A stretch of DNA of 64,000 nt from the human T2T-CHM13v2.0 reference genome, Homo sapiens. The translations under genes and the position numbers were made by a program. Under the pieces are notes generated by a model, which made no database searches, had not been told where the DNA came from, and was given only the letters and a program-made list of their open reading frames with translations. Of this stretch, positions 59,980 to 64,000 are shown piece by piece. Position 1 is the stretch's first letter. Each line of letters opens with the position of its first letter. The stretch lies in the NCBI RefSeq assembly GCF_009914755.1, contig NC_060934.1, one strand, 5' to 3'.

Positions 59980-62900
59980 GGGAGAATCTTGAGGCAAAAA
60001 AATATAAACCCATTTATCACTAAATAAGATAAAATTCATGTAAAAATAGATTAAAAGACTAAACAACCAAATGTAATTAGTGAATCCTGATTTGATGCTT
60101 TTTCATAAAGAACAAAAAATTCTAGAGACATCTGGTGAAAACATTTAAACAAGACTGAGAGTACATGATATTAAGGAAATAGGCATAATTTCCTTTGGTG
60201 GGATAAGGTTATTATGTTTATTTAGGACACTGTCCTTATTCTTAGGTGATGTACAAGAAAGTCTTTAGATGTCAAGTAGTTGACGTTTATAGTTTTCTTT
60301 CAAATGTTCAGGGGGAAAAATACACACATAACACAGAAAGCAAATATGACAGAATGTTAACAATTGTTGAGTCTAAGTGGATAGGATATGGATGTTAATT
60401 GTACTGTTCTTTCAAGGTTTTCCATGTTTGCAAATTTTCATAACACCAAAGATTTTCACGTTAGAAAAACAGAATTACCTGATTTATATGTTTTTATAAA
60501 TATACATATTACATTTAAAAAGCAACAAAACTTCTTTACATACATGTTTGCTGCATTTTAACATAAAAAAAATTTTAAAGAAAGCTCAAGCTCAAAAATA
60601 GCTTTAAGACTATCCTAGTATTGTCATGTTTTAGTTATACTTAACTGGTTTAAATCATATTAATTTCTGTGGATTACATCTTGGTATCTGAAGATTTTTC
60701 TACAAATTTATACTACTCAAATTTTCTACAAATTTAAAATACTCCTTGTGATTAGAAAGAGGAAGAGTGTAACTATTAATACTTCTATGGTTTTAAACAT
60801 TCACTCTGTGATGTTTAAATAAATGTAAAGGTGGTATGTGGAATGTCTCCTGATATGGGCTTTTCCAGTGTTTTCTCATGATTGTATTGAGATTGTGCTC
60901 TTTTTTAATTCCTTTTTGCGTGGACACCACATAAGCCATCACTTGGGTCCTTTCTAGAGCATCAGGAAGTACATGATGTTGATAAGGCTTTTGCCAGTGA
61001 TATTAGCTAAAGTTATCATTATTAAGCACTGATTTAATAAATGTACCCTAAATTAGCAAAGGTTACTGCAAATAATTTCATACACTGCTGTATTTTCAGT
61101 GGAGATAGTTGGCAGCATAAAAACAAGCATTAAAAAGGAGTGTCATCCTTTAACTCAGCAATTCCATTTCTAGAAATTTATTCTAAAGAAATAATTAAGC
61201 ATGCAGGCAAAGCCTTGAATTAAGATGAAACACAGCACTATTCTTAATAGCAAAAAAACTGGAAACCATATAAAAATTCAATATAAATGGTTAAATTGTG
61301 ATACAACCATAAATTAGAAGGATACTGTGAAGTCATTAAAAGTCATGTTAACCATGAGAAAACATCAGACAAAGCTAAACTGAGAACATTCTATAAATAA
61401 TTAGGCAAGTACTCTTTGCAACTGTAAAAATCATGAAAGATCCTCTTCTCTCCACTCCCTCACAAAAGGCTAAGGAATTGTTTCATTGTTTCATTTGAAA
61501 AAAAAAAAAAAAAAAAACAATAAAAGCCTAAATGTTACCTGTGATCCTGGATTAGGTCCTGAACTGGGGAAGTGGGTAGGGATCAGGGCAACACTACAAA
61601 GGATACTATTGGAGCAAATGCTGAAATTTGAATATAGACTCTAAATTTGATAATGGTTTTGTATGTATGTTAAATGTCCTATTTTTTTTTTTTTTTTGAG
61701 ACAGAATCTTGCTTTGTCACCCAGACTGGAGTGCAGTGGGAACAATCTCGGCTCACTGCAACCTCTGCCTCCTAGGTTCAAACGATTCTCCTGCCTCAGC
61801 CTCCTGAGTAGCTGGGATTACAGGCGCCTGCCACCAAGCCCAGCTAATTTCTTTTTTTAGTAGAGACAGGGTTTCACCATGTTGGCCAAGCTGGTTGGAA
61901 CTCCAATGGCCCCTGGTTCAAGACCAGACTGGTCTCGAACTCCTGATCTCAAGTAATCCACCCGCCTCCACCTCCTAAACTGCTGGGATTAAAGGCGTGA
62001 GCCACCACACCCAGTAATGTCCTAATTTTAATATTATTCTGGAGTTACATAGAAGAATATCCTTATTCTTAGGAAATACACACTTGGGGTGATTGTTTAC
62101 AATTTACTCTCAAATAGTTAAAAATTTATTTATTTACAAATAATTTTTATATTTATATATACATAAAGAGACAAAGTGAATGATTTTTAAAATGGAGTTA
62201 GGTTGAGTGCGCTGGCTCATGCCTGCAGTCCTAGTACTTTAGGAGGCCAAAGTGAGTGGATCGCTTGAGCCCAGGAGTTCAAGAGCAGCCTGGGCAACAT
62301 GGAGTAACCTCATCTCTACAAAAAATACAAAAATTAGCCGGCATGGTGGTGTGTACCTGTGGTCTCAGCTACTTGGGAGGGCCGCCTGAACTCGGGAGGT
62401 TGTGGCTACAGCGAGCCATGATTGCATCACTGCACTCAAGCCTGGGTCTAAAAAGGAAACTAAATATTAAAAATTTGTGAGTCTAGGTAAAGGGTATGAG
62501 GAGCATTCTATGTACTATTCTTGTAACTTTAAATTTGAAAGTATATAAAAACTTGCAGTTACCAAAAAAAAAAGGCTATGGAATTGTATGTTCAGAATGA
62601 ACATCTATTTTGTAAAATAGCAATTAAGACTTAAACTTTAATCAGTTAAAATTAAATAAGTAATATAGGTTTTTTTTGTTTGTTTCTTTGTTTTTGTTTT
62701 TTCCATCAAATCATGATAAAGAAAAGATATCTTACCTTTTGGAAGTTTACCTCCAAGAATAGTAAATTTTTGTGGATTTTTCAAGAATTCAACAACTTCC
62801 TGTAATTCTTGTTTAGCTTCCTCCACCTAAAGTGACACAATTTTCCAAATAACTTTAGATAATGGACACGTTTGGTTAGATTATCAAGGCTTCCCTTTTG

Positions 62901-63900
62901 AAAATCATAAATTTAATTTGGATATGGAATTAACCTGACCTTCTCTGTTTCAGTAAAAAAAGCATACAAAAATGGCCCCTTATAAAACAAAGGGTTTTCC
63001 CCTGACCATTATTTCCCATTATGCAAAGTCTCCTTACTATCCCCAAAAAAATCATTCTGAACTTTCATTTTCTCAGTGAGAAAACAAAAGTCAAGTACAT
63101 TGGACAGGGTTAAAAAGAAAGTACCTAGAGAGGAGCATTCTAAAACATGAAACATAGCTTCACGCCAAAGGGCATTCTGAAAATGTCCAATTAATGTCAA
63201 GATTCGCTTATTATTTCAAGAAAAATTCCCAGGCATATTTCCAGGAAATATTACACTTATTAAAGAACAAAGTTATGTTTTTTTGTTAGACTTGAAATGA
63301 TCTTTGAAAGTTATTCTGATTAAATAATTAAAAATGTAATAATGTTTTAATCAAGTTAATGGTTAAAAACATAGCATTTTCTTTTCAGAGTATTTAAAAA
63401 AATACAAAACAAAGCTTTGTCCATTCCTAGGTCCAGGAGAAGCGTGTACATATGTTCACCAAGAGACTTGTATAAAAATAGTCACACCAGCTGTATTTGA
63501 ACCAAAAACTAGAAATAAATGTCCACCCTAAAGTAGTGTAATTGCACCGTGTTGTAGTATTCTTATAATGGGATACTATGCAATAAAGGATAAATAAACC
63601 TCAACTCCAAGTAACATAGATGGATCTCACAAACATGTTGAATAAAAGAAGCCTCATACAAAAGAGGATATTCTATATGGATTACATTTATCTAAAATTC
63701 AAAAATAGGGAAAATTCATGTATGGTATTAGACAGGAAATTGTCCCTAGGTTAGTAACCAGAAGGAGGCATCAAGGAGGTTCTGGGCTTCTGCTAAGGTT
63801 CTATTTCTTGAGCTGGGTACTTATAACACAGACAGTTTGTGAAAATTTATGGATTTGGGCACTGTTGTGTGAATTTGTTAAACTTCAATGAAATTTATGG
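59980..63900 (+). mobile_element. Scattered ancient L1ME/L1MC-type 3' fragments in YME1L1 introns
   Basis: cagcaattccatttctagaaatttattc, aactagaaataaatgtcca and similar L1M 3' motifs. Confidence 0.6.
62736..62826 (-). CDS. YME1L1: YME1L1 internal exon (91 nt; [30 protein letters not shown]); upstream exons lie beyond the window
   Basis: ttAG / G|GTAAG; FtsH AAA N-terminal motif. Confidence 0.96.
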
Positions 63901-64000
63901 TTAAAAAAAGACTTGGCTGGTTTATTAAAAGAGAACTTGAAAGATAATATCCATGTACTAAAAGAAGACTAAAATATATTTGGTCAAAATAATAGATATA

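Overview
Human (primate) genomic DNA, recognisable as 10p12.1. It holds two intron-rich genes in tandem on the minus strand. (1) The 3' part of YME1L1 (mitochondrial i-AAA/FtsH-family protease): last 11 coding exons at 62826-48031, with Walker A GPPGTGKT, Walker B IFIDE, SRH and HESGH motifs, plus an Alu-containing 3'UTR. (2) After a ~10 kb intergenic gap, the CpG-island promoter, 5'UTR (thrombocytopenia-2 hotspot) and coding exons 1-12 of ANKRD26 (36447-130). All 23 exons were delimited by GT-AG boundaries and their phases close. The rest is dominated by Alus, a 5.7-kb old L1 that keeps its 5'UTR but lacks its 3' end, MaLR solo LTRs, DNA-transposon fossils and a U6 retrocopy. No prokaryotic-type system or CRISPR is present. 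Most notable observations: (a) an 18-bp TSD-flanked composite insertion in ANKRD26 intron 1 that copied ~1.1 kb of DNA from 10.4 kb away, so direct repeats now bracket the promoter and exon 1; (b) a dead 137-nt ankyrin-repeat exon in intron 4 with an Alu inserted in its polypyrimidine tract; (c) two AUG uORFs plus a near-cognate UUG that coincides with the disease hotspot; (d) a NAGNAGNAG acceptor whose middle site creates a stop codon; (e) a probable chimeric U6 retrocopy. Repeat subfamily names and repeat boundaries are by eye and approximate.
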